Shown here in pieces: positions 11,520-24,819 of a DNA stretch of 64,000 nucleotides. Made by a program: the position numbers and the translations under genes. Origin of the DNA: Mytilus galloprovincialis (taxonomy: Eukaryota). The stretch is taken from contig NC_134847.1 in NCBI RefSeq assembly GCF_965363235.1, positions 70,173,664 to 70,237,663 on the forward strand, given 5' to 3'. The notes under the pieces were generated by a model, which was not told where the DNA came from, searched no databases, and worked only from the letters and a program-made list of their open reading frames with translations. How positions within the stretch are numbered: the first letter of the stretch is position 1; the number at the start of each line of letters is the position of its first letter.

Positions 11520-12307
11520 GTAAATTGAAAATGGATTGCAATGTAAAAAGAATGCTACAATGTGCAAATGGATGACTGTGCTACTAGAGCGTGAGTGATG
11601 AGGATATAATGGATTATATATATAGTGCTGAGCCATTATTGAACAATGACTTTCAGTCAACTATTGGAGCTTGAAGTGAAGTCATCAGGGGATATGCCAA
11701 GTTACTCATAGTAACACCTCAAAATAGATCACAGAAAACTGAGATCATTGTAAGCCTTCTAAATGTCATTTGCTGCAGTGCAGTATTATGGAATGGCTTG
11801 GCCTCGATTTGGTGGTGTGTAAATATTTTTGTATCAATAAAAATGTTTGTTGACTGCTGAAAAATGAATTAAAATTAAATTTAGCAATTTCTTTCTCTGT
11901 TTTTAATTTGTACTCCAAACCTAATACAAATGTAAAGGAACTGATAATTCCAACAAGGACCAAAAGTAAAGACAAACCCAGTAGATTTGTTATAATTGTA
12001 GTCAAATAAACAAATAACCAGTAATGAAATTTCCCCTCTATCATAAGAACAAAGGGAAGTAACTCACACCTTGTTTACTTCAAGGGAAATAACCTATTGA
12101 TTAAAGTTACAATTGTTATTAGCTGATTACTAGTATATATTAGTCACTTATAATCCTGTATATTGCATCATTTTACTAAAATTCACATGTCATTTATTAC
12201 TCATGTCATGTGTTGCCTGGATCAATTTACTATTTATAATATAGTATCAAATATGAAATTATTACTCTGGGAATGGAGCTATATAACATTCACTTTGTCT
12301 GCAATGT

Positions 12308-12452
12308 CCATTGGTCACTTCATTCACCTTGTCTTTCCATTGGTCACTTCATTCACCTTGTCTTTCCATTGGTCACTTCATTCACCTTGTCTGTCCATTG
12401 GTCACTTCATTCACCTTGTCTTTCCATTGGTCACTTCATTCATCTGTTTGTT
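12308..12452. repeat. Tandem repeat with a 29-bp unit (ccattggtcacttcattcaccttgtcttt), about 5 copies, in an intron
   Basis: Direct periodicity. ORFs 12163..12570 and 12311..12514 reflect it. Confidence 0.85.
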
Positions 12453-12480
12453 CAACAAATATTGTTCTCACTCTTTACAG

Positions 12481-12591
12481 AGAAACCGGTACTGCTGGAA
12501 AAATATGCATATAACACAAGATATTCATCTATGCTGGAAAGTGAAGAAATTGAAAGTGATACAGAAATGAGTTTTAATTTATTTGAAGGTG
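12481..12591 (+). CDS. Candidate exon, phase 1 to 1, encoding (E)KPVLLEKYAYNTRYSSMLESEEIESDTEMSFNLFEGG
   Basis: Acceptor ctctttacag at 12480 and donor G|GTAAGT at 12592. The split first codon (g+AG) gives Glu when joined to the previous phase-1 exon. It is an acidic stretch followed by a hydrophobic FNLFE motif. Confidence 0.4.
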
Positions 12592-13571
12592 GTAAGTCTA
12601 ATTGATATTGATTTATCTAATTGATATTGATTTCGAAATTAATTCATGTTGACTCTACTCTTAAGGAAGAACACCACTAATTCATGGTCCCATTGCTTTC
12701 TATGTTAAATTCCTCCATTTCAAGCAGGCACACCTCTTTCATTTTAAGTTCAAATAAAGTGGCAATCATTGCATGTCAAAGCAACACTTTATGGTGTCTT
12801 CTGAAAAAATCAACATACCTTTAATTGCATATAAGAAAGAGCTGGTTCCCCGAAATTTGGATGTACCAAAACAGGTACTTCAGATCTGACAAACAGACAA
12901 AATGTACCCTCTTTTTAAAATTTGGTGCAGTTTTTTTAATATTTAAAATTAAAAGTCCAAAAGTGTTTTACAATGATCACCAGTCCTTCAGCTTACATTT
13001 GATGCCAAAAATACCTAAATATCCTACATATTTTGAAAGTTACACTCATGCGTAGGAACTATTTTGCGTTAAACATGTACTACTTTCTGGTATGTGCTTT
13101 CTGGCCGGGCCCGAATTAGTGGTGTTACACCTTAAGGTATATTATGTTTCTCAGATTTAAGTTGCAGTTTCAGCCCAAAAATGGAATCTGGGGGGAAAAA
13201 GGCAAATCTGAAGGTGAAGACCTCCCATTTCTGCTGCCCAATGCAGTGTAAAAGTCTGGAAATTGCTAAAAGGAGAATGATCTACTGACAGTTTCAAAAT
13301 TGAGATACACTTTTGGAGTAACAACATCTGGTTACAGGTTTAGGTGAAATCAGTAAAAATAAAATGAAAAATTGGATAAGGATTGATTTTTTAAAATTCT
13401 CATCACAAACAGACTTCATAATAGGTGTGGTGATTGACAGTAATTTAAACATTTGAGGATTTTTTTTGGATATTTTAGACACTTTCTTCTGTTTACTGAT
13501 ATATATTTTCTGAAGTATTATATTGGAGCATGATGCATGACAACAAAATGCATTTAAAAATCTCATTGCAG

Positions 13572-13697
13572 AACCAGCTCCATTTGACATGATGCCAGTT
13601 AAAGACAGTTCAAAAGCAAAGCCAACTCCTAAACTTGAGTATTATGAGGAAAGTGAAAGTGAGGATGATGACTTAGGTTTAGGCTTATTTGATGCTG
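13572..13697 (+). CDS. Candidate exon, phase 1 to 1, encoding (E)PAPFDMMPVKDSSKAKPTPKLEYYEESESEDDDLGLGLFDAG
   Basis: Acceptor tctcattgcag at 13571 and donor GCTG|GTAAGA at 13698. The motif EESESEDDDLGLGLFD resembles the acidic C-terminal tail of ribosomal P-stalk proteins (…EESDDDMGFGLFD). Confidence 0.45.
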
Positions 13698-13789
13698 GTA
13701 AGATTAACATAGAATATTTTCAAAGTCTTTATAGGCCTCCTTACAGGACATAACATATAGGAAACCTGTTGTTCATCCGTCGTCAACAT

Positions 13790-14700
13790 GTTGGACATTA
13801 ACTCAAAAACTCTTTCACCAATTTGCATGAAACTTTGATGAATTGTTTATATCTATTGATGTGAGCTCCCTTATGATTTTCATAAATTTTGGATTTTATG
13901 TTTCAAAATTATGTGGGTACTATTTCATCAAAAAAGGGGGATTTTTCTAGTTTTTTCGGACAATTACCTTAAAATGCTTTGAGCAGTTTTCATGAAACTT
14001 TAATGAATTGTTTATATCTATTGATGTTAGTTCCCTTTATATTTTTATAAATTTTGGATTTTATATTTTGAGTTATGGGGTTTTATTTCATCAATAAAGG
14101 GGATTTTCTAGTTTTTCAGACATTAACTCAAAAATGGTTTGAGCCGTTTTCATGAAACTTGGGTGAATAGACAACTTTTGAATTTGATGCATTTCCGTCA
14201 AAAACTCTGGTTTTAGTGAACATCATTTGTGCGTTTAGGGGCATCATCACTTCCATTCTAATGTTGAGCGAGTGGTTGGAAAATTATAATACTATACTGC
14301 ACAAATTATTCGGCTAACTAAATTCTCATAATTGACAATCGGCACTGCTGTCATTAGGGAATTGTGATTAAGTACTTACAAAACAAAATTATTTCTAGTT
14401 TATCCACCACAATGACGATCACTAAGACGCTTGATGAACATAAATAGTGCAAGGATACAGGCGATCCCCTCTATCTGGTAATTAAAATCACAAAGGCGTG
14501 CCTAATAGACAAGTTTTTTCCGGTGACGGATGAACTCGAAAGTAGTCTATTGTTTATATCTATTGACGTGAGCTCCCTTATGGATTTTCATAGTTAGATA
14601 TAACATTTCTGAGTTATGGGTTTTTTTCATTAAAAAGTGTGATTTTTCCACTTATTGAACAATAACTCAAAAGTTCTTTCAGCAGTTTTCATGAAGTTGC
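13790..14700. repeat. Cluster of about 150-bp repeats (…aactcaaaa.tctttca.cagttttcatgaaactt..tgaattgtttatatctattgatgt.agctccctta..atttttcataaattttggattttat.tttc…)
   Basis: About 5 copies here. The same family recurs at 57880-58340 and 58740-58800. Confidence 0.8.
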
Positions 14701-15595
14701 TAAAAAAAATCAAATTTAAGATTTTCTAATATTTCTTCTGAAATTTGTGTTTTTCTACACATGCTACATAGCTTTCTTTAAATTAATACTAAAATACTTA
14801 TAATTACATCTAACTTCTATGTCATTTGGTCTCTGGTGGAGAGTTGTCTCATTTTCAATCATACATATTTTCTTTTTTTTTATCTTTAAGCTTTAACATT
14901 TCCTCTTAAAGATTTAAGGGGAGATAAGAACAATATTTCAAAAGATGAGAGATTTTAGATTATCTCCCATGGAAACTTATTAAAATCTTATTGTAATTTT
15001 ACATATGTTTCACTGAATAGAACCTGTTTAAATTCAAACTGGTGTCTTATTCTTAGGAATATAGAAGCTTAGTTTGGACATTTTTATAGCAATTCTAAAA
15101 TTCTCATTACCTTTTTGAATGACACTTCACAATGACAATTTGTATAGAAACTTTTTAAAGATACAATTTTATATGACCATTAAAGTGGAGTTTTATAGAA
15201 ATAAATAATGATAAAAAAAAGTTTTAAAGATAAAAGAAATAAAAGTTTTATAGAATTGAAAGTATCCTTTATATTCTCACCTTGCACTCTGATGTCTTGA
15301 CTTTATTTTTTATTGCAATTCTGAATTGGGTTAAATTTCATACGATTTGAAGAGGCTGATTTGATAAAACAAATTGCAACTGGGTCACAATTTTAAATGA
15401 CCTGCTATAAGTTGAGCAACACATGCAGTCTATTCACAGTAATATCATTATTTAGGCAAAACAAAGACTCTAGTAAGACATTTATGTGTGTCCACACTTG
15501 TATCTGTTTTAACTAGAAAAAGCGCTCATCCATGAAGTTATAACACTTATGATCTGACTTTTTTTACTGAGTAGGTATTTTGATTTCTGTAAAAA

Positions 15596-15805
15596 CTACT
15601 CGGGAACAAGATCACACCTGAGGCTGTTTATTCATGTGTGAAGGGTTCCATAATAATGTACCTTTAACAGTTCAACAGAGGACTGATAGATTGAAAACTA
15701 CTCGGGAACAAGATCACACCTGAGGCTGTTTATTCATGTGTGAAGGGTTCCATAATAATGTACCTTTAACAGTTCAACAGAGGACTGATAGATTGACCAG
15801 TGTTA
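15596..15805. repeat. Tandem duplication of a 105-bp segment
   Basis: 15596-15700 and 15701-15805 are near-identical. ORF 15736..15954 overlaps the duplication. Confidence 0.85.
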
Positions 15806-16250
15806 TTATCTCACTCCTGGATATTATTCTGGGTTGGGGACTATTGTTTACAAAATGTTGTTTGAAGAATCAGGTTTGTTTTATTTTTTATAATACAATT
15901 TATCCTAGAATTTTAAGTAGTGCATTTATTTATGGATATGTTTCTCATTTCTAATCTTTTATAAAGATTAAATTGTTGTTTTCCTGTTTGAAATGAAGGC
16001 TGTACTTTGACCAATAATTTTAATCTTTTTATACATTGGGTCTTATTGGCATTCATACCACATTTTGTTTATATGAATATGTAATAAAATTGATAGCTTG
16101 AGCGGTTTGAGAGTTAGATATTACTCCTCAAATTAGTCAGCAACTCCCATCAAGTACTCAATTGTCACTTAGAAGAGAAGGAATGCCCTTTATTGTCAAG
16201 CATCTAACCTCTGTTTTAAATACGTTTAGTGTCAAATTGGTCTTAATTTT

Positions 16251-17192
16251 TTATACAACCATTAAAAATTTTTGTGGTCGTATGTTGGTATCATGTCGTC
16301 GCCCGCGTCGCCTGAAAAGACATTAAGTTTACAGACAGTAACTTTGATTTTTAAGTGAATGGATCTCTTTGAAATTTAAACACAAGGTTTGAGACCACAA
16401 AAGAAAGGTTGGAATTGATTTTGAGGTTTATGGTCCCAACAGTTTAGGAAATAAGGGCCTTTAAAGGGGTCAAAATAAGCATTTTTATAAATTTTCAGAC
16501 AATAACTTGTAAGTGTATGGATCTTTTTGAAATTGTACTACAAGGTTCCATACCAAAAAAGGAAGGTTGGGATCGATTTTGGGGGTAATGGCCCTAACCG
16601 ATTAGGAATAATTAAGGGGCTAAAAACAATACTTTTCTAATACTTTGTGTAAATTACTTATTTCTTGACCAATTTCAATGGGATTATATTTTTGAATTTT
16701 TGGGGTTCTTTAATATGCTGAATTTAACAATGTATTAAGTTTTGGATTTTTGGCCCCATTTTTAAATTGAGGTTTAAAGGGTCCGAAATTAAACTTTATT
16801 TGATGGCATCAAAAATTAAATCATTGGGGTTCATTGATATGCTGAATATAACCGTGTATTTAGATTTTTGATTTTTGGTCCCATTTTCAAATTTGGTCTA
16901 CATTAAGGTCCAAAGGGTCCAAAATTAAACTTTGTTTCATTTCATCAAAAATTGAATTATTGGGGTTCTTTGATATGCTGAATCTAACGATGTATTTAGA
17001 TTTTGATTTTTGGGCCCTGATATCATATTGGTCCACATAGAGGTCAAAGGGGTCCAAAAGGTAAATGTCAAATTTAAAAAAATTAAGTTCTTAGACCACA
17101 TTCATTCTGTGTCAGAAACATATGCTGTGTCAAATATTTAATCACAATCCAAATTCAGAGTTGAATCAAGCTTAAATGTTGTGTCCATACCA
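16251..17192. mobile_element. Composite element of the same family as 9629-11342, truncated at its tail
   Basis: Left hairpin ttatacaaccattaaaaatttttgtggtcgtat, then a CGT microsatellite, A- and B-repeats and part of the conserved right arm. It ends within …gttgtgtccatacc. Confidence 0.7.
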
Positions 17193-17914
17193 GGGCTTCC
17201 AAAAAATATTTGAGCCAGCCGGACATTTTATATCTGATCCTGATTTTAATCCCTTAAAACTAAGTTGCAAAAGGCAATAATGTTAATCAGATGGCCATCC
17301 CAGTGATTGACATTAGATTAAAAAAAAAAAAACGATATTTAACTTTATTTTGATATGAATTTGATGTTCTTAAGTAAACTGTTAAATTGGCAGTGCATCA
17401 TTCGAAGTGTGCATATCACCGTGCTCATATCTGCTGCATTAGACTCTTTATTTGTGCAAAACATTATGGACTCCATACTTACCCCAACTGTTCTGTTTGA
17501 ACAAATATTTTACTGTCATCATGTTGGGCACCTTATTTCTATCCTCACTTAAAAGACCCAAGTATCAAGAAAATATTGTGCTTAAACACTTTAATATATA
17601 TATTTCTTAAAGGGGCACTAGCTGCCAAATTCATGGTCACTGATTTGACTCAAATTCTCATATTTTATTTAAAACAATGTAAAACATTTTTCCAAACCAT
17701 CAAAAGTATAAAATAAACAATTTACAGAACATGGTCTCAATAAGATGTAGCTTCATTTTGTGTAAATTTTAGCCAAGACGCCATCTAATTAACAATCGAG
17801 TTGACCTTATATGACCATATAAGCGATGTAAACATAAACATGGATATAAATAGATGAAGCAACTCGTGCAATTGGATTTTTAAAGGTCTGTTAAATTTTG
17901 TATTATAGATTAAA

Positions 17915-19390
17915 AATTTATGTTTATCGTCGTTTTTATGACGGCGTCGTTGTTGTCGTACGAAGACACATTGGTTTTTCGCACTATAACTTTAGTTTAA
18001 CTAAATAAAAATCTATGAAATTTAAACACAAGGTTTATGACCACAAAAGGAAGGTTGCGATTGATTTTGGAAGTTTTGGTCCCAACAGTTTAGGAATTAG
18101 GGGCCAAAAAGGGGCCCAAATAAGCATTTTATTTGGTTTTCGCACAATAACTTTAGTATAAGTGAATAGAAATTTATGAAATTTAAACACAAGTTTAAGG
18201 AACACAAAAGGAAGGTTGTGATTGATTTTGGGAGTTTTGGTCCCAACAGTTTAGGAATAAGGGGCCAAAAAGAGGCCCAAATAAGCATTTTTCTTGGTTT
18301 TCGCATCATAACTTAGTACAAGTAAATAGAAATCTATGAAATTTAAACACAAGGTTTATGACCATAAAAGGAAGGTTGGGATTGATTTTGGAAGTTTTGG
18401 TCCCAACAGTTTAGGAATTAGGGGCCCAAAGGAAAATTAAACTTTGTTTTATTTCATCAAAAATTGAATAATTGGGGTTCTTTGATATCCCTAATCTAAC
18501 TGTGTATGTAGATTCTTAATTTTTGGTCCCGTTTTCAAGTTGGTCTACATTAAGGTCCAAAGGGTCCAAAATTAAACATAGTTTGATTTTAACAAAAATT
18601 GAATTCTTGGGGTTCTTTGATATGCTGAATCTAAACATGTACTTAGATTTTTGATTATGGGTCCAGTTTTCAAGTTGGTCCAAATCGGGGTCCAAAATTA
18701 AACTTTGTATGATTTCAACAAATATTAAATTCTTGGGGTTCTTTGATATGCTGAATCTAAACATGTACTAAGATTTTTGATTATGGGCCAAGTTTTCAAG
18801 TTGGTCCAAATCAAGGTCCAAAATTAAATTTTGTTTGATTTCAACAAAAATTGAATCCTTGGAGTTTTTTGATTTGCTGAATCTAAACATGTATTAAGAT
18901 TTTTGCTGATAGGGCCAGTTTTCAAGTTGGTCCAAATCGTGGTCCAAAATTTAAACTTTGTTTGATATCAACAAAAATTGAATATGTGGGGTTCTTTGAT
19001 ATGTGCTGAATCTAACCATGTATTTAGATTTTTTATATTTGGGCCCGGTTATCAAATTGGTTCACCTTGAGGTCTAAAGGGTCCAAAATTGAACTTTATT
19101 TGATTTCATCAAAAATTGAATTCTTGGGGTTCTTTGATATGCTGAATCTTACCATGTATTTAGATTTTGGATATTGGACCATAATAGGTAAATTTCCAAT
19201 TTAAAATATTTAAGTTTTTAAGTTTAAGAACACATTCATTCTGGGTCAGAAACCTATGTTGTATCAACTATTTAATCACAATCCAAATTCAGAGCTGTAT
19301 CAAGCTTGAATGTTGTGTCCATACTTGCCCCAACTGTTCAGGGTTCGAACTCTGCGGTTGTATAAAGCTGTGACCTGCAGAGTACTGGTT
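17915..19390. mobile_element. Composite element of the same family, with a degenerate left end
   Basis: Three A-repeats, about nine B-repeats, and the conserved tail …ccccaactgttcagggttcgaactctgcggttgtataaagctgtgacctgcagagtactggtt. The minus-strand ORFs 18097..18309 and 18516..18764 are spurious. Confidence 0.75.
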
Positions 19391-20714
19391 ACCTTTATGA
19401 GAATGATTTTGTGTGGATCGAATCAGTTAATCAAATTATTTACCTTTGTTTCACTTTCAATGTTGACATTCTTTTCCTTTAAATACCTGTACACATACAA
19501 TGCAGGTGTTATTCTATCTCTTTCTACAGGTTTAAATTGGAGTTCACATGAATAGGGATTTAATGAGGTTGAATTATTCACTTGCAAGTGAATAATTCAT
19601 TATCAATGTTTATGAGCTTAATTTGATAAAATTGAACCATTTTAGCTGATAAAAGCAAATTATTAATTCACTATTTCACTTTCATAAATTAGTTATTGAA
19701 CAAAAAAAATCATACTTTTGATTTTTTATATATCTCGTAGCTAATGCCCCTTTAAAGGGGTATTAGCTGTCAAACAGTCAAATTCATGTTCACCGATTAG
19801 ACTCTAATTCTCATATTTGATTTATAACATTCTAAAAGTCACATGAATATAGATTCAATAGGTTCCAATTATTATAGTGGTGGCAAGAATGTATTTGTTT
19901 TACATACAGGTTTATATCAGCAATGTCTTTATAGACTAGTTAAAAAGTGGGGATGTTCAAAAATTTATCTCATCTGCACTATACATAGGCAGATCAGACA
20001 TGGTTCACCTGACCTTAACCTCATTTCAAGAGTCAGTGATTAAGGTTAAAGTTTTGTGTTCAGGTTTTTTTTTCAGATTCTATAAGTAAAGGGTCAACTT
20101 GATGTTGTGTATTAAATATAAAATGGAATGTTATGGAAAGAGGTACATGTCAGTTTGGCAGGTTTCATCTAAGAGGGGGAGGCTGGAGGGGTCCTTATCC
20201 AGAAATCCTGGGCTTAAAAAACATCCTGAGGTCCCAAATTTAAAGAAATTTAAATTCGAAATTCAAAAAAGAATTCCTGAATCCCAAAAGGATCAATCCT
20301 GAAATCCTGAGCTTAAAAACATCCGATCCTGACGTCCTGAAAAAAATGTCTGTCTTCCAGGGTTTATCTGACCTTGACCTTGATGTTGCTGATCATTGAT
20401 AAAGTTTAGTTTATGTGATACCAGTAGTATAACCTTTTGTGACTTTTAAATCAAACATGGTTAGTAAGGCAGGAATAAGATTGTTACACTGTTATTTTAT
20501 TAAATAGTCTCATTGAAACTGTCATAAAGATTTGATCAAAGTAACAGTAATAAATGAGTCTAAGAAAGATTGTATATAATATTTTTTATTTGGTTTGTTG
20601 TAAAAAGATATCTGTGTTACAATTTATTACAGTTTAGTAATATGTACAATATTTTTTTTAGGAAACATAGTAAAAGAGGATTTTGTATCAAAACCAACTC
20701 AACTGGAATCAGAT

Positions 20715-21622
20715 ATGATACACACAGGTGATACAGACATGGCTCCAGCCCGTACAATAGTACATGGAGGCATAGCTCACATGCCACAGTCTACACCTAG
20801 CTACAGGAAATGTAAACAGTCATCCTCAGTCCCCTCTAGCAGGAAGACAGATTTAGTCACAGGGTATACAGCACCAGTAAGTCAGAGAAGTCCAGTAATG
20901 CATCCCCAGAGTATGCAACTAACATCACCTCAGCAAGTGCAAGCATTGGCACCTGCAATGATGCAACCAGCATCTCCTCAGATACAGCAAGCATCGTTAC
21001 CAAAAATGATGCAACCCACATCACCTAAGAGACGCCAAGATTTTTTTGCCCAAAGTATGCAACGAGCATCACCTCAGGCAATGCAAGCATCGTCAACCCA
21101 AAGTATTCAGTCGCCTGCTCCTGCAATAATGGTTTCTGATGCAAGTCCTGAAAAGCATAAACCAATTTCATTATCAAAGTATAATGAAAACCAAAAAAAG
21201 TCTGGCTGTATGGGATCACCTGATAGTAAAATATGTATGGGTGGCTCAGCAACTCCAAGACAACAAACAACAAGTTCATCAGAAAGTGGAAGTCACTGGG
21301 ACACTGCTTCACCCCAATTAGCTGGCAATACAAGGTTTAGAGGAGGGGTGACACCACCTTCACTCTCACAAGTGCCTCAAATATCAAGGAGACCACTGCC
21401 AACACCCTCTCCAGCAGCTGTTAAAACAGATACCAGTAATAAAACACCATCTTCCTTTCTAGCAATACCAGAGCAACAGAGATCAAAAATAACACCAACT
21501 CAACCACATCTACAGGCTGAGGAGATACCAGGGGCACCCAGGCCTAGAGCTCCTGCCAGACGGATGTCTGGGTCCTTAGGTTTTCAGTCCAAATCATGGG
21601 GTTCCCCAGCCTCTGTACTGCA
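20715..21622 (+). CDS. Gene model B exon 1, ending in phase 2. It may start at ATG 20715 or 20739. It encodes a Pro/Ser/Gln/Ala-rich low-complexity region with MQ(P/A)SPQ repeats
   Basis: ORF 20715..21626, donor CA|GTAAGT at 21623. The frame is also open upstream back to an acceptor at 20660, so the exon may be internal rather than first. Confidence 0.5.
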
Positions 21623-22185
21623 GTAAGTAATGCAAGGAGTTTCATGTTCTACTGATGAACAAAGTGAATTTTCTGAGAGACAAAGTAAATGTATGCATCT
21701 TTAAACAATTGTTTAGTGCTTAACTAATTAGAACAGAAAATTATCAATTTTTATTAATCTCTTTTTTTGCTATATTGGATCTATAGAGTCGTTGTAAATT
21801 GTGCATATTGTTCACAAACTGTCATCTAAACTTGACCATATTTTCATTATTTTTTTTGACGATAAAGTAATCTTTGCAGGTACTACAGGTTCATTTATTG
21901 TTGTGTGTACCAATTTTAGTGGATGGGTAAAACTTACAATTTTAGGATATTTAATTTCGTGGTAAAGCCCGAGTCTGCATACAAGTGTAAACAAAAGTTG
22001 ATTTTCTTTGAAAATATAAATTTTAGATTCACCCTAACCCACAAAATTAAAAAATAACAATAAATCCACAGTACTATAAGTTGTTAATGAAAATTATGCT
22101 GGTGAATCATTTAGGAGTTTCGATGCTCTGCTTGTGTATACCTATCACTAAAATCAGTGTGAAATGTATTGTATATATCTTGCAG

Positions 22186-22285
22186 GAACAGGTCCTTTGA
22201 TGAAGGTTATTTAAGTGATGCAAGAAGATTATCTGTTGACTTGACTCGTGAAATGTTAGCGCAGACCAAAGAACCATCACTTAAG
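22186..22285 (+). CDS. Gene model B exon 2 (…Q NRSFDEGYLSDARRLSVDLTREMLAQTKEPSLK)
   Basis: Acceptor tcttgcag at 22185 and donor AAG|GTATGT at 22286. The phase-2 carry-over from exon 1 is completed correctly. Confidence 0.6.
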
Positions 22286-23408
22286 GTATGTTGTCTGGGT
22301 TTTATATATTCTTCAGTTATGGAATACCATCAACATTTTGAGGATTGATTTCCAACGCATGCCTGTATGAGGTTGTGTGTTACTATATAAAATGTCCTTA
22401 ACTTTCTAACATAGGTTTTTAACTTTATATGCATGAAAGGGAGTTCTAAAAAAAATAAAGCCAGTAGAATCTTTATTATTTACTTATTTAAACATAAAAA
22501 GTAGATTTTTGATATAATGTTTTCTATTGAAATTTTTTCTTTTTTTTTAATTTTAGTTATTGAATACATTTAAGAAGGCCTCATTTTTTTGTTTTTCTTT
22601 GTCAAACACAAAAGAACAAATTTTGATAGGAACAATTGTTAAAAATAAAATCAGAACTCAACTTTTTAAGCCCCACCTAGGAGCATTGTTTTTCAGCCTA
22701 TGCATCTGTGTGTCTGTTCATTCATTCATCCATTCCTTTGTCAGTCTCTCCTGCTTCAGATTAAAGTTTTTCAGTTTAAAGTTTTGGGTCATGGTAGTTT
22801 TTGAGGAAGTTAAGGTCCAATAAATGCTTAGTTCACATGTCCTCTATGATATGATCTTTCTTATCTCAATGCCAAAATTAAAGTTTTGACCCCAATGTCA
22901 CAGTGCACTAAACCTAGAAAATGATAGTGTGATTGGGTCAGAATTGTATTATGGAAACATTCTTATGATAAAATCAGTGTTGAACAGATTGAAAACATTA
23001 TATTGATATTCAATATATCCAACACTACATGCCTTTTTGTGAGTTCAAACATTTTCATTATTTAAAAGATAATACTTTTACTCAGGCAAACTAATCAATG
23101 AGTTATGGATTTCTCGTAAAATGGTCCCAGTAAATAAACTTGACAGAGAACAATAGCTATTGTATTTATTGAATGGAACAATAGAACTGACAAAATTTAA
23201 ATAGATTGACCAATAGGAAATGACTCTGTAGAAAAATTTAATTTAGTTCCCAATACAGTTTGAAATGACTACTGTAATAGTTGATGTCTATGCAGTATAT
23301 AGATTACTTGATCAACATTCCAGTTTTAAATATAGGTTAGAGACTAAGATTATTTTGTCATCAATCAAAAGAGTGAAATAAAAATATGTTTACTGGATAT
23401 ATTTACAG

Positions 23409-23525
23409 GAGGAAACAGAAGATGTATCAGAACTTTTACATGAATTGGAGTTGGAGGATGATAACAAAAGTCTGGATGATATTGTGTATATTGATGAAAT
23501 AGAAGAAGAAAAAACAGTAAAATCA
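23409..23525 (+). CDS. Gene model B exon 3 (EETEDVSELLHELELEDDNKSLDDIVYIDEIEEEKTVKS)
   Basis: Acceptor atttacag at 23408 and donor TCA|GTAAGT at 23526, phase 0 to 0. It overlaps ORF 23445..23627. Confidence 0.6.
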
Positions 23526-23625
23526 GTAAGTTTATTCAACATTTTGAAAATTATCATAACTCTTCATGAGGTCCCCTTGCGAAAAAATGGATATTTGGAC
23601 CTTAATTCCATGTATTATAGTATAT

Positions 23626-23745
23626 AGTTATCAAAGGTACCAGGATTATAATTTAATACACCAGAGGCGCGTTTTGTCTACATAAGACTCATCAGTGACG
23701 TTCATATCCAAATATCTATAAAGCCAAACAAGTACAAAGTTGAAG
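23626..23745 (-). mobile_element. Partial retrozyme-like unit carrying a degenerate hammerhead core at 23657-23703
   Basis: Minus strand reads …CTGATGAGTCttatgtaGACaAAAC…; the G of GAAA is mutated, so this copy is probably inactive. Confidence 0.5.
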
Positions 23746-24819
23746 AGCATTGAGAATGGAAATGGGGAATGTATGAAAGAGACAACAACCCAATCAATGA
23801 GCAGAAAACAGCCGAAGGCCACCAATGGGTCTTCAACACAGTGAGAAAAAAACCTTCACGGGAGGCAGTCTCTAGCTGGCCCCTAAACAAAAATGTGTAC
23901 TAGTTTAGTGAAAATGGACTTTATACCAAACTCCAAAACATATAAATGAACTTATATTAAGAAACATACAAGACTAACAAAGGCCAATGGCTCATGACTT
24001 TGGACACATGCAAAAATGTGGCAGGGTTCACATGTTAAGTGTGATCTTAACCCTCCCCCTATACTTCTAGCTAATGTAGAAAAAACAACCACACAACAAT
24101 ACCCACAGTATGTCAGTTTCATGAAATGTCAATGAAACAGCAATCCAACAATACAATTCAACCAAAAAATGAGTATCCAGTGGCAAATATTACATGTATA
24201 TATATATGAATAGGAATGGAACCAACAATCTTCTGAGCTCAAAGCAAGCAGGCAATTGTGATATAACTGATGAAAATCACTAATATCAGACAGAAGATAT
24301 GAAAGAGACATTCAAAAATAGTTAGTTCAAGAAAAAGATAGACATTTATGAACACCAAATGCAAAAGTTCTTATAACATAGAAAATAAGATGGAATCATG
24401 TCCTCATATAGATTGGATCTAATGTGAAAGATTTTTATGACCATAAGTTGAACCAACAATTAAAGGTCATTTGAATTTGTATAATGGATGATCATGACAA
24501 AATTGTTCACAGAAATGAGAAAATGTGGTATGAGAGCCAATGAGACAACTCTCCAACCAAGTCACAATTTATAAAAGTATACCATTATTGGTTAAAGTAC
24601 AATCCAACACAGAGCCTTGGCTCATACCGAACTGCAAGCTATAAAGGGCCCCAAAAATAACTGGTGTAAAACCATTCAAAAGGGAAAACCAACTGTCTAA
24701 TCTATATAAAAATGAGAATCACTTATGAACCACATCAACAAACAACAACTACTGAACATCAGATTACTGACTTAGGACTGGTGCAAACAATTGCAATGGG
24801 TTTAAATGTTTTAATAGGT

